Source of the DNA: Magnetococcales bacterium DC0425bin3
Lineage (GTDB): Bacteria > Pseudomonadota > Magnetococcia > Magnetococcales > DC0425bin3
Direction of reading: 5' to 3'
Assembly: GCA_002753665.1 (NCBI GenBank)
Contig: PEAP01000002.1
Coordinates: 14,365-78,364 of the forward strand
Length of the DNA stretch: 64,000 nt
Position 1 is the stretch's first letter. Each line of letters starts with the position of its first letter. Both the position numbers and the translations under genes were made by a program. A model generated the notes under the pieces. That model was not told where the DNA came from. It saw only the letters and a program-made list of their open reading frames with translations, and did no database searches. Shown here in pieces: positions 49,045-60,854 of the stretch.

Positions 49045-49732
49045 AAAACAGCTCGATGTTGTCGTCCGCCCCGCTCCGGGCGTCAGGATCCTGCAAGCCG
49101 CCCGGGGGGGTCAGCCGCCGCCGCTCACCCCGGCGCCGGTCCAGCCACGGATTGTGCTGGTAGATGCTCCGCAGACCGATGACCGGCTCGTCGAGGTTCT
49201 TGGTCAGGTAGAGGGCCCAAGCCAGCTCCCACAGGCGCCAGAATTCGGCGATGCACTGTTTCTGATCGGACCGGTTGAGGATGGTGTCGCAATCCGCCCG
49301 CAGCCGGCTGACCAGGAATTGGGCCTGATCCTCCGCATAGGGAGCGTTGATCGCTTCCTCCAGCACCCGGATGGCGGCCTCCCGCTGGTTGATGGACTCC
49401 AGCAGAGCCAGCAGGCCCCGGGCGACCTCGTCCCCGGCCCCGGAGCCGTTGGTGGTCTGCTTCAGGAACACCAGGGCCTGTCCGACGATGCGGCGGGAAT
49501 AGTGGAACTGCTTCTCACCCACGTTGCCGGCGGGATCGATGAGGGAACGGGCGCCGTCGGCATGGGCCACCATGCAGAGGGCGGCACAGACCGGATCCCC
49601 GGGGGGAGCCAGCTTGGCCAGGATCTCCAGGTGGGCATGTTGCAGGTGGTCGGCCATGAGGGATCCATCGGGACGCAACAGATACGCCGCCAGGCGGGTC
49701 CGCTCCGGTTTGCCCTCCAGGAACTTGTTCAT
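49043..49732 (-). CDS. Hypothetical protein
   Basis: Coding-like composition; ends DRRRGERR...DDNIELF. Confidence 0.6.
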   Translation of the reverse strand: MNKFLEGKPERTRLAAYLLRPDGSLMADHLQHAHLEILAKLAPPGDPVCAALCMVAHADGARSLIDPAGNVGEKQFHYSRRIVGQALVFLKQTTNGSGAGDEVARGLLALLESINQREAAIRVLEEAINAPYAEDQAQFLVSRLRADCDTILNRSDQKQCIAEFWRLWELAWALYLTKNLDEPVIGLRSIYQHNPWLDRRRGERRRLTPPGGLQDPDARSGADDNIELF

Positions 49733-49900
49733 AAGTATTTTCGCCTTGGGTACCGTTCCCGCGGCCCTCCTCCTTTTCCGCAATCCGGAAAAGCCCCTGA
49801 GCGCCGTACCGAGGAACGGTCTGGAACAGGCCGCAAGCTCGCTCTGTCCCGGTACCGGGAGAGGCCATCTTACCCTGCCTTCCTCCGGGAGTCATCGGCT

Positions 49901-49932
49901 TTACCGTGCAAGTCGCGCAGCGACTCTCACGG
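49901..49932. repeat. Dispersed palindromic element, copy H (main hairpin only)
   Basis: TTACCGTGCAAGTCGC-GCA-GCGACTCTCACGG. Confidence 0.75.
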
Positions 49933-49967
49933 GCCTGGCCGCCCGTTGGCGGCGACGCCTCCATGGT

Positions 49968-50390
49968 TCAGACGGGACTCTCCCCCCGGATCAGGCCATA
50001 TTCCCGCAGCTTGTCCAGCAGGACGGTCCGGGTGACCGGCTTGGTCACATAGTCGGTACAGCATCCCTTGAAGAAGGCATCGGTCACCTGTCGGGGAGAA
50101 CCCAGGGCGGTCACCATGATGATGACCGAATCCCGGCGGCCGTGAACCCAATGCTCCCGCTCCAGGGCCCGCATGCGCTTGAGAACCTCCTGGCCATCCA
50201 TGCCGGGCATCATGATGTCCAGCAGCACCAGATCGAACGGGTCCCCATCCAGGAGGCCCATCTCGAAGAAATCCAGGGCCTCCCGGCCATTGGCCACCAT
50301 GTCGCACTGCCCGAATGGCTGCAGGATGGCGCGCAACAGTTTCCGGTTCTCGAACAGATCGTCCACGATCAAGGTCTTCATGATCGGCAC
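49968..50390 (-). CDS. Single-domain response regulator
   Basis: IVDD, LLDIMMP, MVTA, YVTKP; alternative start 50381. Confidence 0.88.
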   Translation of the reverse strand: MPIMKTLIVDDLFENRKLLRAILQPFGQCDMVANGREALDFFEMGLLDGDPFDLVLLDIMMPGMDGQEVLKRMRALEREHWVHGRRDSVIIMVTALGSPRQVTDAFFKGCCTDYVTKPVTRTVLLDKLREYGLIRGESPV

Positions 50391-50429
50391 CCCTGAAATG
50401 GCCGCGAGTCGGAGACCTCTGCCGGTCCG

Positions 50430-50906
50430 TTACCGGTGGTAGGGGATCCCGCGCAGGATGGTCATGGCCCGGTAGAGCTGCTCCAGCAGCACCACCCGGG
50501 CCAACATGTGGGGCAGGGTCATGGGACCCAGGGACAGGGACCAGCGGGCCTGTCCGAGCAGCGCCTCGTCCAGGCCATCGGGGCCGCCGACGAGAAACTG
50601 GATCTCGGTCAGCCCCTCGTCCCGCAACCGCCCCAGGGCCGTGGCCAAGTCCGGGGACGACAGGGCCCGGCCCCGGCTGTCCAGGGCAATCAGCACCCCA
50701 CTCCGGGCGATCACCCGGTTCAGGCGCTCGGCCTCCTCGGCCAGCCACCGCTGCCGGTGCGCCGGGCTGTCGGCGCTGCGCCGGGCGTCGGCCACCTCCA
50801 GCAGCTCGGCGCCTCCGAACGGCGCCAGGCGGCCGCGGTAGTCGGCCACCAGGGCGCGGATCGGCTCCGGCATGCCCCGCCCCACCGCCAGGATGCGGAA
50901 CTTCAC
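50430..50906 (-). CDS. rlmH: 23S rRNA m3Psi1915 methyltransferase RlmH
   Basis: FLVGGPDG, MTLPHMLARVVLLEQLYRA...PYHR; GTG start. Confidence 0.93.
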   Translation of the reverse strand: MKFRILAVGRGMPEPIRALVADYRGRLAPFGGAELLEVADARRSADSPAHRQRWLAEEAERLNRVIARSGVLIALDSRGRALSSPDLATALGRLRDEGLTEIQFLVGGPDGLDEALLGQARWSLSLGPMTLPHMLARVVLLEQLYRAMTILRGIPYHR

Positions 50907-51295
50907 CCCCCGTCCGCACCGGCCACCAGGGCCCGGCGGCCTTCGATGGCGGCCACCTCCGGGCTCCAGAGCCGCTCCAGGTCGTAGAACTCCCGGGTCT
51001 TCCGCTGAAAGACATGCACCACCACGTCGCCCAGGTCCAGCAGCACCCATTCCGCCGCCGGCAAGCCTTCCACCCCCAGCACCGGGATATGGTTCTTGCC
51101 GGCCCAGGTGTCCACGGCCTCGGCCAGGGCCCGGACATGGGTGTCGGAGGTGCCGGTAACGACAATGAAAAAATCGGTGAAGGGGGAACGGCCCCGCAGA
51201 TCGAGCCGGACGATATCCAGGCCCTTGCGATCCTCCAGGGCCTCTTCCACCCTGGCGGCCAGCCGCTGGACCGCCATCATGTCAATGGGTTGCAT
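50903..51295 (-). CDS. rsfS: Ribosome silencing factor RsfS
   Basis: DRKG.DI, TGTSDTHV, WVLLDLGDVVVHVF, FYDLERLW. Confidence 0.93.
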   Translation of the reverse strand: MQPIDMMAVQRLAARVEEALEDRKGLDIVRLDLRGRSPFTDFFIVVTGTSDTHVRALAEAVDTWAGKNHIPVLGVEGLPAAEWVLLDLGDVVVHVFQRKTREFYDLERLWSPEVAAIEGRRALVAGADGG

Positions 51296-51938
51296 AAAGT
51301 CCGTGCCGCTGAATGTACTCCGCCACCGGCTCGGGAGTCAGGTAGCGCAGGGAGCGCCCCGCAGCCACCCGATGGCGCAGATCGGTTGAACTGATTTCCA
51401 GCATGGTGACGGGCTGGATCAAGAAGCCATGGTGTCCCAGGACGGCCCGATGCAATCCGGCGGGGCCATCCACCCGATGGGATGCCAGAAAGCGGCCGGC
51501 CGGGGTCCGGGACAGATTCTCCGGAAAACCCGGACGGGTGAGCAGGCACAGATGGGTCCGGTCGATCATCGTCCGCCAGTCCTTCCACAGGTGCAGTTCC
51601 TCCAGCAGATCGGTGCCCAGCAGCAATACCAGCTCCCGGTCGGGATGCTCCCGGGACAGCCGGGTCAGGGTGTCCACCGTATAGGAAACCCCGGGCCGGT
51701 CCGCCTCCACCGTGGAGAGGGCAAAGCGGGGCTCCCCCGCGATGGCCAGGGCGGTCATGGCCACCCGGTGGGTGGTGGGGGCCAGCAGGTCGGCCCCCTT
51801 GAACGGATGGCCGCCGGAGGGCAAAAACAGCAGGCGCTCCAGGCGCAGCAGCTCCACCACCTCCAGGGCGGACCGCAAGTGGCCGTAATGGGGGGGATTG
51901 AAGGCCCCACCGAACAGGCCCCAGAGGGAGGGACTCAT
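51282..51938 (-). CDS. nadD: Nicotinate-nucleotide adenylyltransferase
   Basis: GGAFNPPHYGH, SYTVDT, ISSTDLR. Confidence 0.93.
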   Translation of the reverse strand: MSPSLWGLFGGAFNPPHYGHLRSALEVVELLRLERLLFLPSGGHPFKGADLLAPTTHRVAMTALAIAGEPRFALSTVEADRPGVSYTVDTLTRLSREHPDRELVLLLGTDLLEELHLWKDWRTMIDRTHLCLLTRPGFPENLSRTPAGRFLASHRVDGPAGLHRAVLGHHGFLIQPVTMLEISSTDLRHRVAAGRSLRYLTPEPVAEYIQRHGLYATH

Positions 51939-53203
51939 CGGCGAATCTGGCCGTCCCCGAGTACCACCCACTTCTGGCTGGTCAGCCCTTCCAGCCCCAC
52001 CGGACCCCTGACATGGAGCTTGTCGGTGGAGATGCCCATCTCGGCGCCCAGGCCGAACTGAAAGCCGTCGTTGAACCGGCTGGAGGCGTTGACCATCACC
52101 GCCGCGCTGTCCACTTCCCGCAGAAAGCGCATGGCCCGGCGATGATCGCGGGTGACGATGACCTCGGTGTGGCGGCTGGAATGGGCCTCGATATGCTCCA
52201 GGGCCTGGTCCAGGCCGTCCACCACCCGGATGGCCAGGATGGGGGCCAGGTATTCGGTATCCCAATCCTCCACCGTGGCTTCCGTCACCGGCGCGGCTCC
52301 CTTCAGCAGCTCCCGGGTGCGGGGACAGCCGCGCAGCTCGCAGCCGGCGCTGGAGAGCCGCTGGGCGATTTCCGGCAGGAAGGCCGGGGCCACCCGGGCA
52401 TGGATCAGCAGGGTCTCCAGGGCGTTGCACACCCCGGGCCGCTGCATCTTGCCGTTGAAGACCAGCTCGTCGGCCATGGCCAGATCCGCCTCCCGGTCGA
52501 TATAGAGGTGGCAGTTGCCGTCCAGGTGCTTGATCACCGGAATGCGGGTCTCCGCCATCACCCGGGTGATCAGCCCCTTGCCGCCCCGGGGGATGATCAC
52601 GTCCACGAAGCGGTCACAGCGCAGCAGCGCCCCCACGGCGGCCCGGTCGGTGGTGTCGATGAACTGCATGGCCTGCCGGGGCAGCCCCCCCGCCTCCAGA
52701 CCCTGGGCCAGGGCCGCGGCAATGGCCCGGTTGGAATGCCAGGCCTCGCTGCCGCCCCGCAGGATCACCCCGTTGCCGGACTTGATGCAGAGGGCGGTGG
52801 CGTCGGCGGTGACGTTGGGACGGGATTCGTAGATGATGCCGATCACCCCCAGGGGCATGCGCATCCGGCCCACCAGCATGCCGTTGGGACGGGGCGCGAG
52901 GCCGGTCACCTCTCCCACCGGGTCCGGCAGGGCGGCCACCTGGCGCAGGCCCTCGGCCATGTCGTCGATGCCCCGGTCCGTCAGGCGCAGGCGGTCGATC
53001 AGGGCAGCGCCCAGCCCGTTCTGCTCCGCCGCCGCCAGATCCCGGGCGTTTTCCGTCTTCAGGGTCTCCCGGCGGGCCAGCAGGGTGTCGGCCATGATCC
53101 CCAGGGCGCGATTCTTGGCCTCGCCATGGGCCTGACCCAGCAACCGGGCGCCCTGCCGGGCCTCCCGGGCCATCCGTTCCACCAGCGCGGTCGCGTCGCT
53201 CAT
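51935..53203 (-). CDS. proA: Glutamate-5-semialdehyde dehydrogenase
   Basis: PLGVIGIIYESRPNVT, GVCNALE, GLGAEMGIST.KLH.RGP. Confidence 0.96.
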   Translation of the reverse strand: MSDATALVERMAREARQGARLLGQAHGEAKNRALGIMADTLLARRETLKTENARDLAAAEQNGLGAALIDRLRLTDRGIDDMAEGLRQVAALPDPVGEVTGLAPRPNGMLVGRMRMPLGVIGIIYESRPNVTADATALCIKSGNGVILRGGSEAWHSNRAIAAALAQGLEAGGLPRQAMQFIDTTDRAAVGALLRCDRFVDVIIPRGGKGLITRVMAETRIPVIKHLDGNCHLYIDREADLAMADELVFNGKMQRPGVCNALETLLIHARVAPAFLPEIAQRLSSAGCELRGCPRTRELLKGAAPVTEATVEDWDTEYLAPILAIRVVDGLDQALEHIEAHSSRHTEVIVTRDHRRAMRFLREVDSAAVMVNASSRFNDGFQFGLGAEMGISTDKLHVRGPVGLEGLTSQKWVVLGDGQIRR

Positions 53204-53236
53204 GCTTGTGTCCGATCCTGCCGCAGCGGCATGCTC

Positions 53237-55656
<2,420 letters not shown>

Positions 55657-55753
55657 ATGGCATCCAGAACCAGCCGGAGAGGCCGTGGATCAAAGTGTCG
55701 TGACCGGGGGGACTGTCACTGCCGTCCCTGACCGGTGGTTCCCGTCCCCGGCG

Positions 55754-56005
55754 TCAGGCCGGCATCACGTTGACGTACTGCCGGGTGCCGCTCTTGGTGA
55801 AGGCCACCTTGCCGCTCACCAGGGCGAACAGGGTGTGATCCCGCCCCATGCCGACCCCGACCCCGGCCAGGGTCCGGGTGCCACGCTGGCGGATGAGGAT
55901 GTTGCCGGGGACCACCGCCTCGCCGCCGAACCGCTTGACTCCCAGACGGCGGCCCGCCGAATCCCGTCCGTTCCGGGAGCTGCCTCCCGCTTTTTTATGT
56001 GCCAT
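55754..56005 (-). CDS. rpmA: 50S ribosomal protein L27
   Basis: [16 protein letters not shown]. Confidence 0.98.
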   Translation of the reverse strand: MAHKKAGGSSRNGRDSAGRRLGVKRFGGEAVVPGNILIRQRGTRTLAGVGVGMGRDHTLFALVSGKVAFTKSGTRQYVNVMPA

Positions 56006-56050
56006 GACTCATGCTCCTGCCGCTATGGCGACCTTCATCCATCGGTCGTT

Positions 56051-56359
56051 TCAGGGTTGAATCCCGGTGATGCGCAGCTCGGTGAGGTTCTGCCGGTGGC
56101 CCTGCATGCGGCGATAGTTCTTCCGGCGCCGGCGCTTGAACACCAGCACCTTCTTGGAGCGCACCTGTTGCACGATCCGGGCCGTCACCTTGCTGCCGGC
56201 AACTTCGGCGCCGGTTTTGATGCCGCTGTCGTCTCCCACCAGCAAGACCTGGCTGAGATCCACGGTGTCTCCCTTCACGCCGGGCAGGGTTTCCACCCGC
56301 AGCACATCGTTGACCACCACCTTGTATTGCTTGCCGCCCGACTTGACCACCGCGTACAT
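56051..56359 (-). CDS. rplU: 50S ribosomal protein L21
   Basis: [14 protein letters not shown]...GHRQ. Confidence 0.98.
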   Translation of the reverse strand: MYAVVKSGGKQYKVVVNDVLRVETLPGVKGDTVDLSQVLLVGDDSGIKTGAEVAGSKVTARIVQQVRSKKVLVFKRRRRKNYRRMQGHRQNLTELRITGIQP

Positions 56360-56464
56360 GGGGAAACTCCTCAAGACAACCGGCCGGGAGGCCGGGTGAT
56401 TCGGGTTGAACCTGCCGTTTCCGGATCCATCCATGGAATCCCGCAGGAAATTGGGAAATTTTCT

Positions 56465-56492
56465 ATTATCCCTTCCACAAGGCGCTTGTCAA
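56465..56492 (-). promoter_or_regulatory. Putative sigma70 promoter of the rplU operon
   Basis: TTGACA-N16-GATAAT on the minus strand. Confidence 0.5.
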
Positions 56493-57109
56493 CGGCTTTG
56501 TTCCGCCAGGGGGGATTTTCGGTCCGGGGCGATCAGCTCCGTCATCAGGGTCAGGGTTTCGCACAGGGGCAGTCCCACCACGCCGCTGTAGGAGCCCTCC
56601 ACCCGGGCGACCATGAAGGCGCCCAGGCCCTGGATGCCGTAGGCGCCGGCCTTGTCCATGGGCTCCCCGGAGGCCACATAGGCGGCGATCTCCTCCGGGG
56701 TCAGGGTCTTGAACCACACCCCGGTGGCCACCACCCGTTCCCGCAAGTCTCCGTCGGGCCGGTAGACCGCCACCCCGCTGAGGACCAGGTGCTTGCGGCC
56801 CGACAGCCCCTGGAGCATGGCCACCGCCGCCGCCGCGTCCGCCGGCTTGCCCAGGATGGTTTCTCCCAGGATCACGGCGGTATCGGCGGCGATCACCAGG
56901 TCCGCCCCCGGTCCCAGGGCCCGGGCGCCCTTCTCCCGGGCCATCCGGGCCACATAGGCGTGGGGCTGCTCGCCGGGGTGGACCGTCTCGTCCAGGTTCA
57001 CCGGACAGATCTCCGCCGCGATCCCCACTTGCCGCAGCAACTCCGCCCGGCGCGCGGAGGCGGACGCGAGGCGGACGCGCCATGTCGGATGCAACCAGGG
57101 TAACGTCAT
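56489..57109 (-). CDS. maf: Maf family nucleotide pyrophosphatase
   Basis: LASASARR, AADT, LGKP, DKAGAYGIQG, VGLP. Confidence 0.93.
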   Translation of the reverse strand: MTLPWLHPTWRVRLASASARRAELLRQVGIAAEICPVNLDETVHPGEQPHAYVARMAREKGARALGPGADLVIAADTAVILGETILGKPADAAAAVAMLQGLSGRKHLVLSGVAVYRPDGDLRERVVATGVWFKTLTPEEIAAYVASGEPMDKAGAYGIQGLGAFMVARVEGSYSGVVGLPLCETLTLMTELIAPDRKSPLAEQSR

Positions 57110-57338
57110 GGGAGGGATTCAACCCGAAAACAGGGGACCGGGACAAGGGTTCTTCCCAAGCCCGATCGGCGCGAGAGTCCGCCGGAGGCCGGCAAAATGG
57201 ATGTCTGCAGCCATGAACACTTGACGCAAAGAGGCCTGCTTCTTACCTTGACCGAGCGTGACGGCCCCGGCCCGCCCGGGGGCAAACCTGGATGGCTTTC
57301 TCCGATTTGCACGGCAGATCCGCCCCTTACTGGTCCCA

Positions 57339-58331
57339 ATGTCCGACAATTCCCAAGCGGTGCTTGATCATCTGCGGTCCATCATCGGGGCCGACCTGGA
57401 GCAGACCAACCATCTCATCCGCGAACATCTGGATTCCGAGGTCGAGCTGATCCCGACCCTGGGCACCCATTTGATCGAGAGCGGCGGCAAACGTCTGCGC
57501 CCCATCCTGACCCTGCTGACCTCCCGGATGTTCGGCTATCAGGGAACGACCCACGCCAAGCTGGCGGCGGTCATCGAATTCATCCATACCGCCACCCTGC
57601 TCCATGACGACGTGGTGGACAAATCCAACACCCGCCGGGGCCAGGCCACCGCCAACTCCATGTGGGGCAACAAGGCGCCGGTGCTGGTGGGCGATTTCCT
57701 CTTCTCCCGCTCCTTCCAGATGCTGGTGGAACATGGCGACCTCAAGGTGCTGGAGATCGTCGCCAACACCTGCGCCATCATCTCCGAGGGCGAGGTGATG
57801 CAGCTGGTGGCCAGCAACGACCTGTCCACCGACGAACGGAAATACCTGGAGGTGGTTTCCAGCAAGACCGCCTCCCTGTTCGCCGCCGCCAGCCGGATCG
57901 GCGGCGTGGTCAACGGGCGCTCCCCCGCCGAAGTGGAACGCCTGGGACATTATGGACTTCAGCTCGGCATCGCCTACCAGGTGGTGGACGATGCCCTAGA
58001 CTATTCCACCACCCAGGAAAAACTGGGCAAGACCATCGGCGACGATTTCCAGGAAGGCAAGATCACCCTGCCGGTGATCCATGCCTATCACAACGGCTCG
58101 GAGGAAGAGCGCCAGTTCTGGCGGGACGCCCTCGAACAGGGCATCCAACCCGAAGGCAGCCTGGCCCGGGCCATCGCCCTGGTGCGCCAGCGGGGGTCCC
58201 TGCAATACGCCATGGACCGGGCCCGGGAGTTCGTCGTGGCGGCCAAACAGGCCCTGGAAAGCTTGCCCCCCAGCCCGGAAAAAGAGGCCTTGGTCCTGCT
58301 GGCCGACTTCTCGGTCGATCGCAGTTATTGA
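57339..58331 (+). CDS. ispB: Polyprenyl (octaprenyl) diphosphate synthase
   Basis: GGKRLRP, LLHDDVVD..RRG, KTA, QVVDD.LD, GDD..EGK.TLP. Confidence 0.93.
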   Translation: MSDNSQAVLDHLRSIIGADLEQTNHLIREHLDSEVELIPTLGTHLIESGGKRLRPILTLLTSRMFGYQGTTHAKLAAVIEFIHTATLLHDDVVDKSNTRRGQATANSMWGNKAPVLVGDFLFSRSFQMLVEHGDLKVLEIVANTCAIISEGEVMQLVASNDLSTDERKYLEVVSSKTASLFAAASRIGGVVNGRSPAEVERLGHYGLQLGIAYQVVDDALDYSTTQEKLGKTIGDDFQEGKITLPVIHAYHNGSEEERQFWRDALEQGIQPEGSLARAIALVRQRGSLQYAMDRAREFVVAAKQALESLPPSPEKEALVLLADFSVDRSY

Positions 58332-58394
58332 TTTTCCCCTTGTCGGGACTTCCCTTTCCGGTCCGCCTGTGGCAAAGTGGCGGGCCTTCCCTGT

Positions 58395-58471
58395 CGGGGT
58401 GTAGCTCAGCCTGGTAGAGCACTGCTTTCGGGAGGCAGGGGCCGTAGGTTCAAATCCTATCACCCCGACCA
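58395..58471 (+). tRNA. tRNA-Pro (CGG)
   Basis: CGGGGTG acceptor stem, D-arm AGCCTGGTAGA, anticodon loop TT-CGG-GA, GGTTCAAATCC, encoded CCA; 77 nt. Confidence 0.96.
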
Positions 58472-58488
58472 TAGAAATCAAAGACTTG

Positions 58489-58508
58489 GGCCACTCTTTG
58501 GGGTGGCC
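58489..58508 (+). terminator. Hairpin downstream of the tRNA
   Basis: GGCCACTC-TTTG-GGGTGGCC followed by a T-rich tail. Confidence 0.55.
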
Positions 58509-58673
58509 TTCGTCGTTTCGGGTTTCCTCCACCGCAACCGCAGGACCCACCAGGAACACTGTCGGCTCCCTCGGCGCAGGGAGAATATTGAGTAGGCGAA
58601 TGCCGCAAGGTGCGGTAGACTTTTCGCCCAGCGGAGGGATTGGTTCGGGTGGAGGCCTGGAAGACTGGATGGG

Positions 58674-59627
58674 GTGGTGAAACTCGATTTCATAGCGTGG
58701 CTGCGCCGACGCCTCGGATCGGGCCGGCCGGCGGCGGATCACCGGCCCGGCTATCCTCCCGAGCGGGTGGCCGCCCTGGTGGCAAGGCTGCGCGGACGGT
58801 TGTCCGGGGGCGGGCGGCTGTTTCCCCGCGTCGTCATGCTGGAGACCCGCACCCGCTGCAACGGCTCCTGCGGCTTCTGCATCGCCTCGGCCCGGACCGA
58901 TCCGCGCCCGGATACTTCCATGCCGGACGCCCTGATCGACCGGATTCTGACCGAGTTGGGGCAGCGGCGGTTCGCCGGCCGGCTGTCGTTCTATCACAGC
59001 AACGAGCCCTTGCTGGACAAGCGCATCTTCGATCTCATCGGCCAGGCGCGCCGGCTGCTGCCCTGGGCCTATCTGGAGCTCAAGACCAACGGCAAAACCC
59101 TCACCCTGGAAAAGGTGGAACGCCTGTTCGAGCGGGGCCTGGATACCCTCTACATCAACGATTACCGGACGACCGAGGAGCTGGCCCAGGGGCACAGCCC
59201 CAACGTGCGGCAGGTCATGGAGGCCCTGGCGGGCATGCGCCGATTCAAAGGTCATTACGATGGCACACGCTATTACGACCGGATCATCGCGATCCTGCGC
59301 TCGCCGGAGGAACGGCTCCTGACCCGGGCCGGGTCTTCCCCGAACCGGGATCCTCTGGCCCGTCCCCTGCATCGGGTCTGCCTGCGGCCGTTCGAACAGA
59401 TGATCATCGGCACCGCGGGTCAGGTGGGCCTGTGCGCCGAGGATGTGCTGTTCGAGGCGCCCATGGGCGATGCCCGGCAGGACTCCCTGGAGGCCATCTG
59501 GAACGGTCCGGCCTACCGGGACATTCGGGGCCGGCTGCTGGACGGGGACCGCGGCTGCCTGCCCACCTGCGCCCGTTGCGACTATCTGGGCCACAGTCGG
59601 GAAATCTTCGCCGAAGAGGGTCTGTGA
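58674..59627 (+). CDS. Radical SAM / SPASM-Twitch protein
   Basis: CNGSCGFC, NEPLLD, KTNG; CLRPF..GQVGLC...CLPTCARC. Confidence 0.88.
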   Translation: MVKLDFIAWLRRRLGSGRPAADHRPGYPPERVAALVARLRGRLSGGGRLFPRVVMLETRTRCNGSCGFCIASARTDPRPDTSMPDALIDRILTELGQRRFAGRLSFYHSNEPLLDKRIFDLIGQARRLLPWAYLELKTNGKTLTLEKVERLFERGLDTLYINDYRTTEELAQGHSPNVRQVMEALAGMRRFKGHYDGTRYYDRIIAILRSPEERLLTRAGSSPNRDPLARPLHRVCLRPFEQMIIGTAGQVGLCAEDVLFEAPMGDARQDSLEAIWNGPAYRDIRGRLLDGDRGCLPTCARCDYLGHSREIFAEEGL

Positions 59628-59632
59628 GACAT

Positions 59633-60838
59633 ATGTTCACCACCGACAAACGCCGCCGTTTTCTGCACCGCACCCAGTCCCTGAAGTTGCAGCATCTCAG
59701 GGATGCGGTCCAGCAGAACCAGGTGACCGGATACCCGCCGTTCGTCGAGGAGTTCGAGCGGGACTTCGCCCGTTACGTCGGCTGTCGCCACGGGGTCACC
59801 TTCTGCAACGGCACCTCGACCCTGGAGGCGGCCTTGTTCGCACTGGGGGTGGGGGAGGGCGACGAGGTGCTGGTGCCGGCCTACACCTTCCATGCCTCCA
59901 TCGATCCCATTCTCAACGCCGGGGCCCGGCCGGTCTATCTGGACATCGACCGCCGGACCCAGACCCTGGACCCGAGCGAGATCGACCGGCGGCGCACCCC
60001 GGCCACCCGGGCGATCCTGGTGGTCCACATGATGGGCAATCCGGCCCCCATGGACGCGATCATGGCCCGGGCGACCGGCCTGGGGGTGGTGGAGGACTGT
60101 TCCCACGCCCATGGCGCCACCTGGGGGGGGCGCAAGGTGGGCTCCTTCGGCCAGGTGGGCTGCTTCAGCCTGCAGGGGTCCAAACCGGTGTCCGCCGGGG
60201 AGGGGGGCATCGCCGTGACCGACCGGGAGGATCTGTGGCGCCGGCTCAACCTGTTCGGCCATTTCGGCCGGGGGGCGGACGGCGCCGCCGCCGATCCCTA
60301 TGCGCCTCTGGCCAAGACCGGCATGGGATTCAAGCGGCGGGCCAATCCCCTGGGCCTCTGCATGGCCCGGGTCGATCTGCAGTTCCTGGACGAGGTGAAC
60401 GCCGCCCTGACGGAGCTGACCGGACGCCTGGCGGAGATCGTCGCACCCATTCCCTGGCTCACCCCGGTGGCCTCCTGGCCCGAAGCCCGCAAGGGGGGGT
60501 TCTTTTACGGCATGCCGGTCCGCATCGAACGGGATCATCCCCGGGCCATGACCCGGGACGCCCTGCTCCAGGCCCTCACCGCCCGGGGCCTGGAGGCCAA
60601 ATCCTACCCCTATCACGCCTACCACCGCATGCCCCACATGGTGGATGGGGCCGTGCGCAGGCGTCTGCTCTATCCCGGCCGACCGCTGGCGGAGCCGGCG
60701 GCGGAGCCGGTGCCCCTGCCGGATCTGCCCCATACCGACGAGGCCCAGGCCCAGACCCTGTTCCTGTCCCTGGAGGCCTTCGCCGACGACGGCTGGGTCA
60801 AACGCTGGGCCCGGGGGCTGCCGGAATGCTGCGGCTGA
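59633..60838 (+). CDS. DegT/DnrJ/EryC1/StrS PLP aminotransferase
   Basis: NGTS.L, GDEVLVP..TF, VEDCSHAHGA, FSLQGSK..SAGEGG. Confidence 0.92.
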   Translation: MFTTDKRRRFLHRTQSLKLQHLRDAVQQNQVTGYPPFVEEFERDFARYVGCRHGVTFCNGTSTLEAALFALGVGEGDEVLVPAYTFHASIDPILNAGARPVYLDIDRRTQTLDPSEIDRRRTPATRAILVVHMMGNPAPMDAIMARATGLGVVEDCSHAHGATWGGRKVGSFGQVGCFSLQGSKPVSAGEGGIAVTDREDLWRRLNLFGHFGRGADGAAADPYAPLAKTGMGFKRRANPLGLCMARVDLQFLDEVNAALTELTGRLAEIVAPIPWLTPVASWPEARKGGFFYGMPVRIERDHPRAMTRDALLQALTARGLEAKSYPYHAYHRMPHMVDGAVRRRLLYPGRPLAEPAAEPVPLPDLPHTDEAQAQTLFLSLEAFADDGWVKRWARGLPECCG

Positions 60839-60854
60839 CCGGGAGAGGTCGATC

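Noticed and set aside
58640-59632. 732-aa N-terminally extended DegT protein
   Set aside because: The extension overlaps the radical SAM gene out of frame; the real start is likely 59633.
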